DNA from: Takakia lepidozioides
Lineage: Eukaryota; Plantae; Bryophyta
Length of the DNA stretch: 64,000 bases
NCBI GenBank assembly: GCA_030704615.1
Contig: CM060731.1
Span: forward strand, 6,944,001-7,008,000
Reading direction: 5' to 3'
Shown: positions 48,349-62,984 of the stretch, piece after piece
How the letters are laid out: each line of letters starts with the position of its first letter
Numbering within the stretch: the stretch's first letter is position 1
Position numbers and translations under genes: made by a program
The notes under the pieces: model-generated
The model's input: only the letters and a program-made list of their open reading frames with translations
Databases searched by the model: none
What the model was told of the DNA's origin: nothing

Positions 48349-50455
48349 CTCTCCCTCCCTAATCACTTTCCCCCTCTACTGCAAGTAGCTTTCTTTCCTG
48401 CTTTACAGCACTCCGTCCACGTTAACACAGTTGTTCTTCCTTTTTTCTTCTTCCCCCTCCTCTACTCTCTTCACTCTCTCCTCCTCCTATGGACTTATGG
48501 GTGAGTAACGTATGTTTGCAATAGAAGAATTTTGTATGAACGTCGTATTTCCACACTCATCACCTCGCTCACTGTCTGCAACTATATTCAGCTAATAACA
48601 CACACCCTGACAAGAAGCACTACTGAAACGCTGTGTGAATCTCTCTCCCACACACGAGCCCCTTTCCTTGTCCATCTCTACTCACCCCAACCCACTCGAT
48701 ATAATCGCCAACCACACCCACCAAACCACCGAAAATACCTCAAACACACTCCAACAATTTGCTCGTGGGTTCTTCTTCTAAAGACGGAATCTGTCTCGAG
48801 TCTCGACAATTTAGTCCACTCACCCACTCAGATTCACTCCATTGTCTAACACGTGCTCACTTCACTCTGTGTGGTGGTAAGCCTTCAAGCTCAAACACTG
48901 TGGATAACTCACAGGACTTATCAGGAGGAAGCGCTAGACAACTACTAGAGGTACCTTCATGAAGGTAATTTCTAAACAGGACCTTGTAAGCATTGCTGTT
49001 TTACGCAGCAGGTAACGTTCTTGCTCAAGTGCTTTCCCGGATTGGAGAATCATTACTATGACTTGGCCATTTCAAATGCAAATCCGTCTTCCTTCATAGT
49101 TGTAGCTGTAGCTTCCATACTTAGTTCCATACAGGCTCGTGGGTATAGGGAGGTCTGAGGGAGAATTATGTTCTCTTTGGTGCAATGTCCACTCTGAAGT
49201 GGCAAAGAGAACTCCCTATCAATTCAGTTCAACCCAGGTGTAGAGGTTGAGTTTTTCAAGTGTGAAAGTGATGAACGGGCTTTGCTATCTGGTTTGTGAA
49301 ACCCAAGTTGTGTTGCAACAGTGCTGCTTGCTTGATTACCGAAGGAATCAGTCCGGAATCTACAGCATGGTTCACAAATCCAATAAATGGTGAATTCTTT
49401 CGAAACATGTATGGGAAACCAAATCTATGGTGTGCTGGACATCTACAATACATTACAAAGTTGTGCACGCTCCGACTTCCTCACATACTCAGACCCTAAA
49501 CCCTAAATTAAATAAGAGATATCTTCGTTTGTATTGGAATCTGATAGTTGGGTAGTGGGTTGTCTGGTTGCAGGCCAAGAAGAAGAGAAGAGTGAGAAGC
49601 TGAAGGTAAGAAGGTACCATGCCTTGGGTATGGATACTGCCATCCGGAAGCACCACAACGAGCAGTTGAAAGCTCTCGGACGGAAATTGAGTTCATGGAC
49701 GAAACGCTGAGTACTAGACGAATAGTGGGGTGACGCAAGCCCCATGACGTTATGGTCAGGAGGTGGTTTTTCTGCCATTTTTGCCCCTCCGTTAAATGGC
49801 AGAATATTGGAGTAGGTAGCAAAATGCTCGAGTGGGTAGGGTAGAACACCCTATGACCGTTCATCTAAAGATGGCGGAAGATCTAACGGTGAATTTTTGT
49901 CGTTTTTACCCCGGATAAATTGATAAGATGCCCCACATCTGGGGCATCCCAACACATTTGGAAGTGCATGATTTCATGAAATCCACACAAAGTTATGGGG
50001 TTTCAAAGTTGAACCAATCCGAATGCTTGTGTGAAGTTTGAGCCCTATGACCACTCATATTTCTTGGGGGTTCTATCAAACAACTGTTTGCCAAGTGGCA
50101 AAAATGAGCAGTCTTGGGCCCAGCCATGGTCGCTCATGCAGGCCTGACCCAAGCAATTATGAGGTGAACGGTCATAGGAAATATAAAGGTCATAGGGTGT
50201 TTTACCCAGAATGCCCCAGCAGGTCGCAGAATGCACGAGTAGTTGGGCTGTTTCGGGCAGTTTCTGTAACTGACCATAATGCCTCGCCAAAATTCAGGGC
50301 CAGGCAGCTGAGGGGGCAGAATGGCCAGGCCTGACCCTTCCATAGTATGTTTTATATATATATATATATGACCACCAGCTGGAGCTAGCGTAAATAAGAG
50401 CCTCTTCCCTTTGCAGGTACTGCCCCTTTGGTGGGTGGGGTGGGGGGGGGGGGGG

Positions 50456-51078
50456 TGGTTGTAGAACGTGAACGACGGTGAGCACAAATAGCCTGAGCAC
50501 AACCCACGGTCATTTGGTTTTTATATTTTTAAGCCACAGTCATAGGAGCTATATGTTTTCAAAACGGAATAAAATCCCAAAACCCTAATGCGAAATAAGC
50601 ACTCATAATGTATATCTACAAGCTCCAAGTTCCATATATCTATGTACAGCTTTGGTATTCTACAAAAGAATAACACGTTACATAAAAACAAAGTCACAAT
50701 AACCAACCCCCACACTGAAGAGCCCCCTCTTCAGCCTCCCCTGACTTTGAAAGATCAGATTGAAACTGGTTGTAGAACGTGAACGACGGTGAGCACAAAT
50801 AGCGTGAGCACAACCCACGGTCATGGGGTTTTTATATTTTTAAGCCGCAGTCATAGGAGCTATATGTTTTCAAAACGGAATAAAATCCCAAAACCCTAAT
50901 GCGAAATAAGCACTCATAATGTATATCTACAAGCTCCAAGTTCCATATATCTATGTACAGCTTTGGTATTCTACAAAAGAATAACACGTTACATAAAAAC
51001 AAAGTCACAATAACCAACCCCCACACTGAAGAGCCCCCCTCTTCAGCCTCCCCTGACTTTGAAAGATCAGATTGAAAC
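50456..51078. repeat. Near-perfect 311-bp tandem duplication
   Basis: 50456-50766 and 50767-51078 both begin tggttgtagaacgtgaacgacgg, with only a handful of differences. Confidence 0.95.
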
Positions 51079-53839
51079 TGGAAGCACATCAAGACGTCTA
51101 TTAAGTCCAAGCTTCATTTTCACCGGTAGATAGGTGGGCTTCTCACTGGTTTCTAGTTTGCCACTATGCCCTACACTTGTACATGGCTCCCCTAATCTAG
51201 GAGTATTCGAGGGCATCCCCCTCCATCGCTCAATACTTATCACTCCTTAATACTTGGATAGAGGAGGTCAACTGTGACTGTCTCAGGTCCATATTCTCCT
51301 TCACGACTTGTCGTGTGTTAGGCCTCATGGCAGCCCTCGGGCATGTAAAGGGTTTAATTTTTTCCCTTCAAATAATTCCAAATAAAGTTGTCAGGGCCGC
51401 TACCCTGTTCTCTAAATATATATATATATATATATATTAAAAAAACACCATCCAAAACACACAAATACCAAACAATAGTTGAATGATTTAATATAATGAG
51501 GCAAACAACGGGTTTCGTTAATGAAATAAATCAAAGTATCGAAATAATGGGTTCTGCCAGAGAAATAGTGGGTTTCTCTAACGAAAAAGTGGATTTCGTT
51601 GGTGAAATCTCCAAGTATCGCTGCATAGGTCATTATCCTATAGTTTCGTGGACGAAACAAAATGTATTGTGTTTGGTTTAACCCTTAAGTGGTATATCAA
51701 CCCATTTTGGGTCGGTCAGGTTTACTAAACTGGCCATTACTCCCTCTGGTTAAGCCTGATTAGCCCTCACAAGGGCTCATTTGAAAGATAATTTTTTTTT
51801 CCTTCAAATGGCATTGGCCAATTGGCCAATGCCTCAAAGGGTTGCCAAGTGGAGCCCACCAAGTGGGGCACACGCAGCTTTTTGGAGGGGATTTGGCCGC
51901 CCTAACCTGCCCAGGTTGCAGACATGGCAACCACGGTCAGGTTAGGGTCAATGTTGTTTTTTGACAGGTAGCCCTACCTTTTTTGTTACAGGTTAATTTT
52001 TTTTCTTACTTTCACTGTGACAGACAACTTTCAGAAAATGACTTTCACATGACAGGTTGACAAGATTTTGACCTTTCACACAACCATGTCATATGAAATA
52101 AAAAATAAAAAATGAAAAGAAGTGTGTAGTTTGAAGTGTGAACTTCTTACACATCTTTGGGGGCTCAATCACTTAGACTATGTTGCTTGCTGGACCTTGG
52201 AAGACTCCCTGGATCATGCACACTACACCTAAGAAAGCGCAAATTGCTGGGGTCCTAATTATAAGTGCCCGTCACAATGTAATGTGTCCAACAGAGCGCG
52301 GAGGGGCTTTGACAACCAGTCTTTGCATGCAGGCGAGGCTCTCAATAGCTGCATCCCCGAACTACTACGTAGGTTGTTGTGAACTTAAGGCCCAAGTGCC
52401 TGTTTCTTGAAGTAAATCTTGAGCACTAAATGACTAAAGTTGCCATTTCACAACTTGGAGTATATGAGAACCAGTGTTTTCTGCCTTGGCGAAACCTTAA
52501 AATTTTAAAATGGAATATTCTGTCATAAATTCCCAATTTTCCATGGATGAAATCGCCAAACTTCTACAACGATAAAATAACAATGGATGATCTAAATGGA
52601 TGAAAGTACATAGGAGGATGATTCTATCCAAATTTCAATGGATGAACAGAATATATAGCTATTTCTTGTAAAATTTAATAGCCACTCGTGCTATTTTTCA
52701 AATTTAAAGGAAAAAATCACCGATGAGAACGCTTCGAAGATTAAAATCATCAAAATTCAGCTAGCTAATCTTGGGATTGTATTCTTCCAATAAACAGAAA
52801 TGACGTGCTGGAGCGTACCAAAGCAGCTAGAGTCAAATACATATTGCAAAACTTAAGACCCGATCACCTGAAACGTGGGTAAGTTAGCGCTGTTAAGGTT
52901 TATGATAAAGATCTACAAACCACACAGCTCTACTCATGGGCTAATGTAGCTTTCATTGAAGGTAGAACCCAAGACCCCCTGAAGAGTAAGCCAACCTAGA
53001 GGCCTGCATGCAACACGCAACTGACAGCCCACAATTCAGGCCCTTGAGGAGGGGGAAAAATAACCCCTTTCATTTATGGGCCAGGGAGGCACAACGGACG
53101 ATAACATCCAGATAACGCCACAAACAATCCCCACAGGGAGCAGGGCAGCGGCTTTGAACCTTGAACCACCAAGGCGACGCATTGTGCACTTAACTTACCA
53201 GCCGATGTGCTTGTACATTTCCTTTGTAATTTTTACCTTTCTTTTGACAGGCAATTTTTTGTTTTTGCCTTTCTTTTGACAGGCCGTTTTTTTTTTTGCC
53301 TTTTTTTGCCTGTCAAATGCCTTGTGATAGGTGCAAAAATCAGCCTTGGTTAGGGTGAACATAGGATACCCCATGAAGCTGGGGGCGGCACATTTCCCCA
53401 AACCCCTTGAATGTTGGGCGGGGGAAATGATGGGCCTGCAGGTTGGGCATTTCCAAGCCTGCCCCGAACCTACAAAGGACGGCGATCGTAGCTCCGGCAG
53501 GGGTAAGGTACCAAGGCTGGGTTGGCGGGAGAGAACGCAAGTGCGATGGTGGCTGAGCTCACGGCTCGGAGAGTGGGGATGCCGCGGGCTGCAGCAAATT
53601 GAAGGGTGAATGGATTGCAGGGCTGTTTACGACATGATCCTGCTTTACTTCTATAGATCTTGGTGCATACTTGCAGGCTGGCATGCAAGCCGAGGGAAAT
53701 CGCGATTGAGTGAACTAAAGATACCATGGCACTTGACCAACCTACGATGTGGGGTTTGGCTTTCATTTTTGAGCGCATCTCAGGTTATTATGCATTTGAG
53801 GCCCTCCTTGTGCGTTGGCAGCTATCCAGCCCTGTCAAT

Positions 53840-54360
53840 TCTCGATTTTAGGGTGACAATTTTCTCTAACCGACCTCCTACGTTGGTTTGCATACTCGGT
53901 GGTTCTGCGATTTAGGTTTCATTTGTTTCTTGAGTGCATGATGCACTGCTATCGATGTCGGGTGCCGATTTGGGTTTACTGCTATCGATTTGGGTGGTGG
54001 GAGTTGTGCTTCAACATTGGGAGCAGCGATTTGGGTGCGATTTTGTGGTAACATGGAACCATTTCCTCTAACCGACCTCCTGCTTTGGTTTGCACACTCA
54101 TGGTGCTACGATTTAGATTTTCCTAATGTTTCTTGAGTGGTAGTGCACTGTATCGATTTGGGTGTCCATTTGTGTTTACTGCTATCGATTTGGGTGCAGG
54201 GAGTTGTGCTTCAACATTGGCTTACACGACCTGCAATTAAGGTGCGATTTTTGGGTGACATAGAGCCATTCATCTAGAACCGACCTCCTACTTCCGTTTG
54301 CACACTCATGGTGCTACGATTTAGGTTTTCCTTTGGTTTCTTTAGTGCATTGATTTGGGT
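53840..54360. repeat. Diverged ~205-bp tandem repeat (~2.5 copies)
   Basis: aaccgacctcct...gtttgca.actc..tgg recurs at ~53868, ~54070 and ~54278. Confidence 0.85.
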
Positions 54361-55778
54361 GCCTAACCAGCCTTCTTCTTTGACTTATGGGGTCAAAGCA
54401 TGTTCAGGTGTCTCATTTTGCTGTTACAGTAACAGATGTATGGAATCAAGGACTATGTATACTTCTTCTTTGAATCAGAAGTAGGAATATAACACCACAA
54501 GACTCTTACATATATGACAGATTCTACAGATTGCAAATTGACCAAGATTAGGCTGTCATGCAAAGTCCTTTTGCGTGATGTAACAATTCCATCAATTAAA
54601 CATAACACACTAGAGGATGTTGATAGGACTTGGAGATGTAGCCTAATTGTCATGTACATTGACTCCATCTAGGCTTTAGATGTCTGGGTACTACTTCATG
54701 ATGGACTTACAGGATCCTTGGGTGCAATGACCCTCTACTAGAAAATAATCTAACCAATTTGTTCCATGTAATGACACCTTTTGGAGCGCCAACGCAAAGA
54801 ACGCCAAATCTTTGTCAAAATGACACAATGATGTCAGAGAAAGTGGAAAGGCTCCAAGCATATAAAAGCACTATGTACTAAATTGCATTACCCGAGCCTC
54901 ACATATTCATCGTTTTTCCTGGTTGATTTATTTGAATTAAATTTGATTTAAAAATAATTATATATATATATATAATTATGACCAATGATCTTTTGCAAAT
55001 TTTATCCTTGGACGTTATAATGAATCCTTACAATTTTTTTTATGAAATCTAACATGAAGTATGGTTCCAAATCGCAAGTCCTTTTCACAGCGCTGGTACG
55101 TTACATGCACCAACCGCCATGGAAGTTGAAGTGGAGCTCCATGCAAATGAGTACACAGGTGAGAGAAACGACAGTAATGAGCCCTCCAATCTGAGTGCAT
55201 GCCAGCCTTGTCTTCTTAAGTCCATGTGAGTCGAGCAGAGTTAACATGCCGTTCGCGGCGCTCGCGGGATGACAACCACCGGTGGTTACAGGTGACATGA
55301 ATTTTAGCCTACGACTCTAGGTAATGAAGATGATGATGATTGAATGGCAACAGGCCACGTCCCAGACACACTTCATTGCAGCTCGTGAGCGTTCTTGGCG
55401 GTGACTCCACTCCTTGCTGTTGGATTCGCTCTCTTCACCATCGTCCTTCGACTTCTCCTTGCAGTCTGTCTACAGTGTGCATGCTTATCGTAGTCATAGT
55501 GTATTCAGAGTATAAAAGTCCTTATGTTAGTGTAGTCATTCTACTTCTGTAGATCCAACAAATATTTGGCCCAAGGTTCAATGTTGTGTGAGGGTTGCAA
55601 ATTAGCATTCTGCGATATCTTCACTGGAAACATCTGAAGTGGGAAAAGTACTCCAGGGTCGACTATAGCACGTAGGGGTCCTGATGGAGCGATGGGCTGA
55701 AATATGCCGCGCATATATGCGCTAAGGTTGAATGCTCGATAGTTCGATACACAGAGAGATTGCTATTGTGGCCTAGTC

Positions 55779-58700
55779 ATGACAGAGACAGTCTGCAAGT
55801 ATCTAGTGTGTGAGAGTTGCAAAAGGCGTGGTGACTGCGCCTGTTGTGAACCAACCGACTTTATGGATGTCAACGACGATATGGACGACACTGTAGGTCC
55901 TGAAATCATGGAAAAAGTCTTAGCTCCGGATTTTGATTTTTTCACCGTAGGTCTCCAGGGATACTCATTGTGGTATTTTCGTGATGTTATGAAGCTCTGC
56001 AGTGTAAGGTTGGACCCTAGAAAAGACTTTGCTGGAGATAACGACGAGTATTCAACTTACTCCGACTGTGTGAAATTGTGGGGCCCAAAAGATCGGAATG
56101 GATTCCAAGTACAAGAACAATCGCAGTACACTGTTGAGGAGGGAGGTGGATGAGCTGTATACAAGAATATACCTGCGGCCACCGTCCAGAACAATGTGTT
56201 GGGTCTCCAATTTGCCAAATGATTTGTGGCTAAGCGGAACAGTGAAGTGCTGATTGATTGGGCAAGGTTTGCAGTGGAAACTAGCAAAGATGCAAGCTGC
56301 GAAGTACAAAGATGTCACCTCTCGTGAGCCTTCCTGTCCAGGGATCATGGAAAGACAAAATGCGTTTTTGTCTGAATTAAGACGAACCAAGAAGTGGCCC
56401 GAGGTGCGGTTTGGCATGACTCGACAACCTCCACCAAAAGTTGCGGTCAACATTGTCAACCGGTCAAGTCCCATCGACCACCACTCCCGGTTCTCCACAC
56501 TACTGAACACAGAGATTGAGGACATACAAGAGTTGGTGACCATGAAAGAGAAGGAAATTGAGGCTGCAAACAAGAAGATCCGGAACTACACTGATGTACA
56601 TGATACTGAACTGGAGAAGGTGGTGTTGCGAGCTCAAATGCGGGATAGACAATCGCTGATGGAGCGTGAGAATGTTGCTTTCAACTCCAAAAAGTCGGAG
56701 CTCTATACTCGAGAATCCGCCCAGAGAGACACAGGCAAGCGGCTGGAGCAATGCCAAAGTGTTTTGCAGGAGGCGCTAAGGCCCCATGACCCTAATGCTG
56801 AAAAAATTGTGGATTTGAAGGTGCAGGCGGAGACGATTCGGAAAAGCTTGCACTCCCAAACTGAATGTGTTGCCCAACTACAAAGCGAATTGGCAGAGGC
56901 AATGGTCTTGCAGCGTTTTTACCTTAAGCATGTGCAGGAGATCGAGGGAAGTTATAAAGTGCCTCTAGTCTTCTCAATGACCAACAAAATCGAATTTCGA
57001 AGGCAACACATGTCAAGGAGGTTTGCGAGAAGGAGAAGCAATGTTTGTGTGGTACTTTCCAAGAGAACCTTTCCCTTACGCATTCATTATTTTTGCTGAT
57101 GCCCTCGAATGTTTGTGTATCCGAATTCCATTTAGGCAGTGATAGTAACGCTGGCATCATTCTTGTCGCGGAAAGTACAATTTGTTGCTCTGCCATTGGA
57201 ATTAATGTTGTATTGTGAAATGTACTTCACAAAATTTGTGTGAATGAGGTTACCCCTGCTTAGTGCAGTGTGAAAGGGGAAAGAAGTCTGTGATCCCAAA
57301 CATGATATGGAAACAAGTTTGTACCAACATTTTTGGCTCTCACTTGGAGCTCATACAGAAAACTCTGATTGTTCGTACGGTACCAATGTGTAAGCATACA
57401 GGGATTGCCTCTAATTTGTCGGGTAGATTCTCATAAAAGTATGGTCGTAGTTTTGTGTGACTCTGACTTTCATTCTCTGTCTGCACTCAAGAACTCCATC
57501 TCAAAGCAGCAACCTTTGCCATCAACTGGTGCCGACACACTTTGAAATAGAGAGCATACCCTTCAGGAAACTGAAGATATACTATACACTGCAATATGAT
57601 CATTTTTCTAGGCAATAGTGAGGTAGTGACATATGGTCTGTACACTCTTTTGTTTGTCAGCTCCTTGTATTCAGGTTGTAACAGTGGATATTTGTGTGAA
57701 TTGAGACTAAGCATTGTTGATGTGTGGCAGAGCAAATCCAGAAGATGAAGGATGGGACACATGGAAAGACCGTGCCAATGCCCATCCTTCATCCACCATG
57801 CCAGACAACGCCACAAGCCACCATTGCATTGAACGCATGTCTTGTTTGCGAAGGATGGTATCCTTACTGGGATGTGGTGGCCCTATCCTGCAGATGCACA
57901 TATTACCCCTACTGTCTTGGAATGCATCTACAGGGCTCAAACAAGTGTGCCCGTGTTTCATGTGGACAACTCCTCCATCCTGAATGGTGGAAATCGTTTG
58001 GGTATGGCCCCATGCATCCTGAAGTGAAGGCCAACCCTGCTGCTGTTCAAGTGCCTGCAGAACGATGAAGGTGGATGCAAATGAGGAAGGCCCGACAGGA
58101 ACTGAAAGGTATTTTCCTTCTTGTGTGTTTTAGTGCTTGCAAAGGGTTTTTCATTTATTTACCAGAATGTTGGCAATGAACTTCAGGTGTTTGCAGGGTC
58201 AGGGATGACTGAACTTCAGGTGAGATTTACATATGAGTTATGGCAAGTCATGCTGGTCCCTTTCCAGGTATGGTTAATGAACTTCAGTTGTTTCCAAGGA
58301 CAACGATGAGAGTAGTCCAGTTTTTTTCTGCCCTATGAAATATGGCAAGTCATGCTGCTCCCTTTCCATTGTCCTTCATTTCCTTTACTGTAGGGTCTTT
58401 TCCGGCTATCATGGCGTCAGTGTGGAATTCTAACTCCTTTCCAGTTCATGAACTCATTATAGATCCTCAGGTACTACAAGTCTCATTTCTTGTCATGAGT
58501 GTTGCTTAGGGTTGTTTTCCATCATGTTGTGCATTGTTTGTAGTTTCATGTTCCTTCAGGTCAAGGGATTGGGTTCATTGTATCATGGGTGTCATAGAAT
58601 TTGTCATGGTATAATATGTCATTGAATGTCATGCTTGATGTAGGGCACTCCTTTCAGGTCATAATGTCATTCCCTTCATTTCCATGATGTCATTTTCATA

Positions 58701-59515
58701 GATCTCATTTCCTTCATTTCATTAACATGACATGGTATTTAGGCTTCATTATAGGTCAGGATGGGCACAACCTTTGACATAGATTGGCATAACTGGAGAG
58801 TGGGCATGGTTGCAAGGAATTGAGAAATGACATAACATAATTAAACCATGTGCATTGTTATTTAATTGCAGGTGATGGATTACCAGCAAATCAAGAAGCT
58901 TCCAGCGGAGTTGCATCTGAGCTTCATATTCTGCCTCTTACCAATGTGTTGCAGGCTCAACTTACATTTGAAAAAGACACTCCATGTGGTGGGGATGATC
59001 TGATACAACCTGAGACCCAGCTGGCACATGGACCTGTTGTCACCACACAATCATCTAAAATGAGCTCATACACTGCCACAGGCTCTGATTCAGACAGCAG
59101 CCACTCAGAGCATGGACAACCAAGGTCAGGACTGAAGGCCTCACCTAAGGCAGTCCACATGCCACCTGAGCTTCATCCTCCTCCCACTAAAATCCTATCA
59201 CAGGCTCCAACACTTATCACCCTACCAGCGGCCATAGGTGCTATCAACATGGGATTGACGAACAAGGACGGGAAATCGGCTGTGGTTCCACCATTACCTG
59301 AGCAAACAGTGGTTACAGAGGGAAATCCCCCCACCTACATGGAGCTAGTAGCAGTTCAAGGGGCGAAAGATAGGCACAAGGACCACAAGCATAGGAGTGA
59401 TAGAAAAGAACACAGCCACCATCGAAAGAGGCGAAAGAGCAGTGATGAACGGACATTCCCTTCTTGGCTGGAGTCTGATCTTGAGGGTATTGCTGTCACC
59501 CCTCACAAATCCTAG
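55779..59515 (+). pseudogene. Decayed multi-exon gene: Cys-rich N-terminus, conserved-looking domain, coiled coil, RING-like finger
   Basis: Frameshifted stretch ...EVDELYTRIY...LQFA...IDWARFA (~56140-56275); coiled coil 56500-56950; CLVC...SCRCTYYPYC...CARVSC...HPEWWKSFG (57835-58005); low-complexity last exon. Confidence 0.5.
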
Positions 59516-62500
59516 AAGTATTTCAATTGTAGGTGGATTTAGGATCGGCTGTACAACATAGGGAGCGCGGCCGAAATTCTGATGTGTCCATTCTCCTATG
59601 TGCAGGTCATGGCAGGCTTCCGTATACTTCTGGGCACAGCCTCCCATTGAACACCGCCACAACAGCCTCTGCTGAAGGAGTCGAGAACATTGGGTCGGCT
59701 TTCACCCCAATCTCGGGTAATACATCACCACCAGGACTGTTGTTTGTCATTCTGCTATGCGGCAACAAAAATCACCCTAAGTAAAAACCTGCAGATAGGG
59801 CTGTAACAAATGGAAACCTACAAATTCATGGGAATGTATACCCTCAACATGCAACCACACACATACTACACAAAACAGGAGATTCGCCTAAACCCTATAG
59901 TAGACAGGCTCATATGATGACATCAGAGGACTGAGGGCCTGCACAACAAACTAAAATTGACCATATGTATTATAAAATCTTTTGTAATCATGGCACTCAA
60001 TGTGCTTGCAACGGACGTCATCTCAACTGACCACCTATATTTGCATTGGTGGTGGATTCTTAGTGAGGAATCACATGGCGACATTGCCGAGGTGACTCAG
60101 TGCTTTGAATCGTTTGCACTGTGTTTAGGGTTATCCAGAATTGACAGGTTTATTGACGTAGCACCCTGTCAAAGTATAATCCATGAACGTCCCATCCATC
60201 ATCTCTGGGGTCATCTCAACTACCTTAACTCCCCAAGGATGAGTGTTGCGTGGAACTTTAAACACAATGAGGTCTCCCACAAGAGGCATATCAATGCAAT
60301 ACCACGGAAGGGGTTCCCATTCAAAATGAGTACATGGGACATGGATGGCACAAAGTAGGGGCTTGAACGAGGGGTGCTGACACTCAAATTACTAGAAGCT
60401 TGGGACAACTGTAGACCTTGACAGTCACGGGTAGGGAATAGGTTACGCATAGAGATGGTGCAACGCAGGTAGCTTTGTCGCAAAGAAAATCCACAATAAG
60501 TGTTTGACTTAGCGAATCTGTCCACCGAACCGTAATTTTCTCCGTCTTAGGTTCCACTGCATTCACTTCATGCAAGATCGCTTGATGTAGGCAACACATT
60601 TTAGCTACATGAAGAAGGGAATTGGGTCAATTCATATACCTCCCTTTGATAGATTGCAGGTGGAGACGAATAATAGATTCAGGGCTTAGACAAAATGACA
60701 TGTAATGCATGTGGTTGCGATTATCCACATTGCGGCGGAGAAATACACTCACTATGTTACGAATAGAAGTATGTCCATTCACTATTGGAGTGCACACCTC
60801 CTGACATTCTAGGTTGGACATTAAACAGTCATGACAACTGAGAACGTCTCCACCACTCTCATGCAAGGATAGGTTGGTTAGAATATTTCACTTTTCGCTC
60901 GCTCAGTACGACCAATGCGCAGATGTTTCAAACACCACCTCTGGACTGCGGCTGTATCTTGGCATGTCTCCAAGGAGCTGACAGTGAAGCCTCAAAATTA
61001 GCACTGAAGATTTCCAAAGTAGAAGTTACAATGCAGGGACTCTATGGAACCCTAAACGTCAACCATGTTGAATTCCTCCTTTCGCATGGGGTAAACATCA
61101 GGCCCTGGTGAGAATGCGATTGAGACACCACACATCTGCTCGAGAGACTAACCATGGACAATTGAGAGTGCTGGAGCCAAAAATGCACCGGGGTGTGCAG
61201 ATGTTTTCCAATGCAACAACTGTAAGTGAAACAACAACAACGTTCAAGTACTTCGTCGCGAAGAAATGAGCGTGAGAATGCGCTCGAGACTTGAGCGGGT
61301 TTCACACTCCATACAGGAGTCGTCACGGTGGAGAGAAAGACATTATTGCAAAGATGCGCGTAGTACAGTTTCAAAATTGCACACTGTCTTTGTCGTGTAG
61401 CAGTGGATCGCGAAAAAATTGCCGCTACCTCATGCAATGCGCCGAAATTTGGGTTGCGCGATGGAGACGTTTGTAGACGTGGCAGTACGCGATATGTCCA
61501 TGGCCCCACATTATTGTCAGATGGACACCTATTTCGAAAAACTAGCAAAATAAGTGCAAAATAATCCCATGACCCTAATGATAGTCAAAACATAGGGCCG
61601 TTGTCCTTGAAATAGTTCCTCAAATAAGACACCTCAACATGCTTTGACCCTATGGCATTGATGTTTGAGAGATGTGATGTACATTTAGGCTATGTTTGTG
61701 TCTATTTTGGTTCATATACTTCCTTGTTCGCTCTGGTGCTTCATCTGTCATCTTTGAACTGTGTTTGTGCTTCCATGGGGCTGGTAGGGCGGGCTGCAGG
61801 CTGTGCATTCATGGTGATGCCCTACTGGACCGCCATTGCTTAGTAATGAGGTGGTTGTAGCTCATCATGAACCTCCTGTCTCCTGCAATCAAAACAGCCC
61901 AAAAAAACTAAGTTAGCAGCCCTAACTGACCTTCTAATTCAGCTGGTTTGCTCATGAACATTTTTGTTCCCTTTTCATGTGGTTTAGTGCATGTTGTTTG
62001 CTAAGGTACTTCATGTTCTCTGGTTTGCTTGGGCTGCCACAACAAACTGACCTTGTGGTTTGCTTTTGCTTGCATTGCATTTTGTGGGTGCTAATGCCAA
62101 GTGTGTTTTGTGCTTCTATGTAGGTTTTGCATAGTTCTTCAACACTGTGAAGAGCAACCTCATTGCCCATGGTTTGCTGGGACTGAACTCACTAACCCCC
62201 ATTTCCTGCTTCAGTATATTGTTTTTTGGCTTGCATGTTGGCTGTACTGTATAAAAGGGTAGTTTGGGACACCATCTTCATCTTCCTTTCATGTGTCTTC
62301 TTCTTTTGCTCTTGATTTTCTGTTGTGGGTAAGTGGGTGCTCGGGTACCTTGTATTTTTGGTTTTTCCAGGGTTTTCTAGTTTCCTGTTGGTGTGGTGTG
62401 CAATCACATGCCTTCATTGCGCATCAGAGCTGTGCCTCCAAAGGTTCCTCCTGCTTTGTACAACGTAGGCATATATTTTGATGGGTTGGCTGTAGGATTG

Positions 62501-62984
62501 GGTGCAAGTGAGAGTGACATGGATTTCATTAGAGGATGCTTAGGCCATGAGTTCTTGGTGTCTCTCTAGCCTCCACCTGGTGTAAGTCCTTTGAGTTTCA
62601 GTCCCACACCTAGTGAGCTTAGGTATCACTTCAGGCGTCAAGTTGCAAGGAGACTTGGTTGGAAAGCTCGGAGAGATGAGGGGTCTAGCACAGGGTTTAG
62701 TGATCTGGTCAACTGCCTCTTGCGCACAATTGTTTACCCGGATCACCCACACTATGTCTGGACAGTGGAACCTGAAGAGAATAGCCAGGTAAGCGGCCAA
62801 ACAGAGGCGCTTATAACGCTTGTCACAACTTCCCTTGGACCAAATGCAAATGATGTGGAATCAGGACCTGAGGCAACCAACAGTACTTCAGCCCCTAGTG
62901 CACCCATCATCGACTTTTCACTGCCAGTCCTCCCCACTGTTGATGGAATCAGCAATGTGCTATGGCCAGAACTTGACCTTGAAA

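Noticed and set aside
49494-49507. Plant telomere repeat (CCCTAAA)2
   Set aside because: Only two units; not distinguishable from chance or a telo-box.
51677-51700. Second piggyBac-like start TTAACCCTTAAG
   Set aside because: No matching right TIR + TTAA found in the window.
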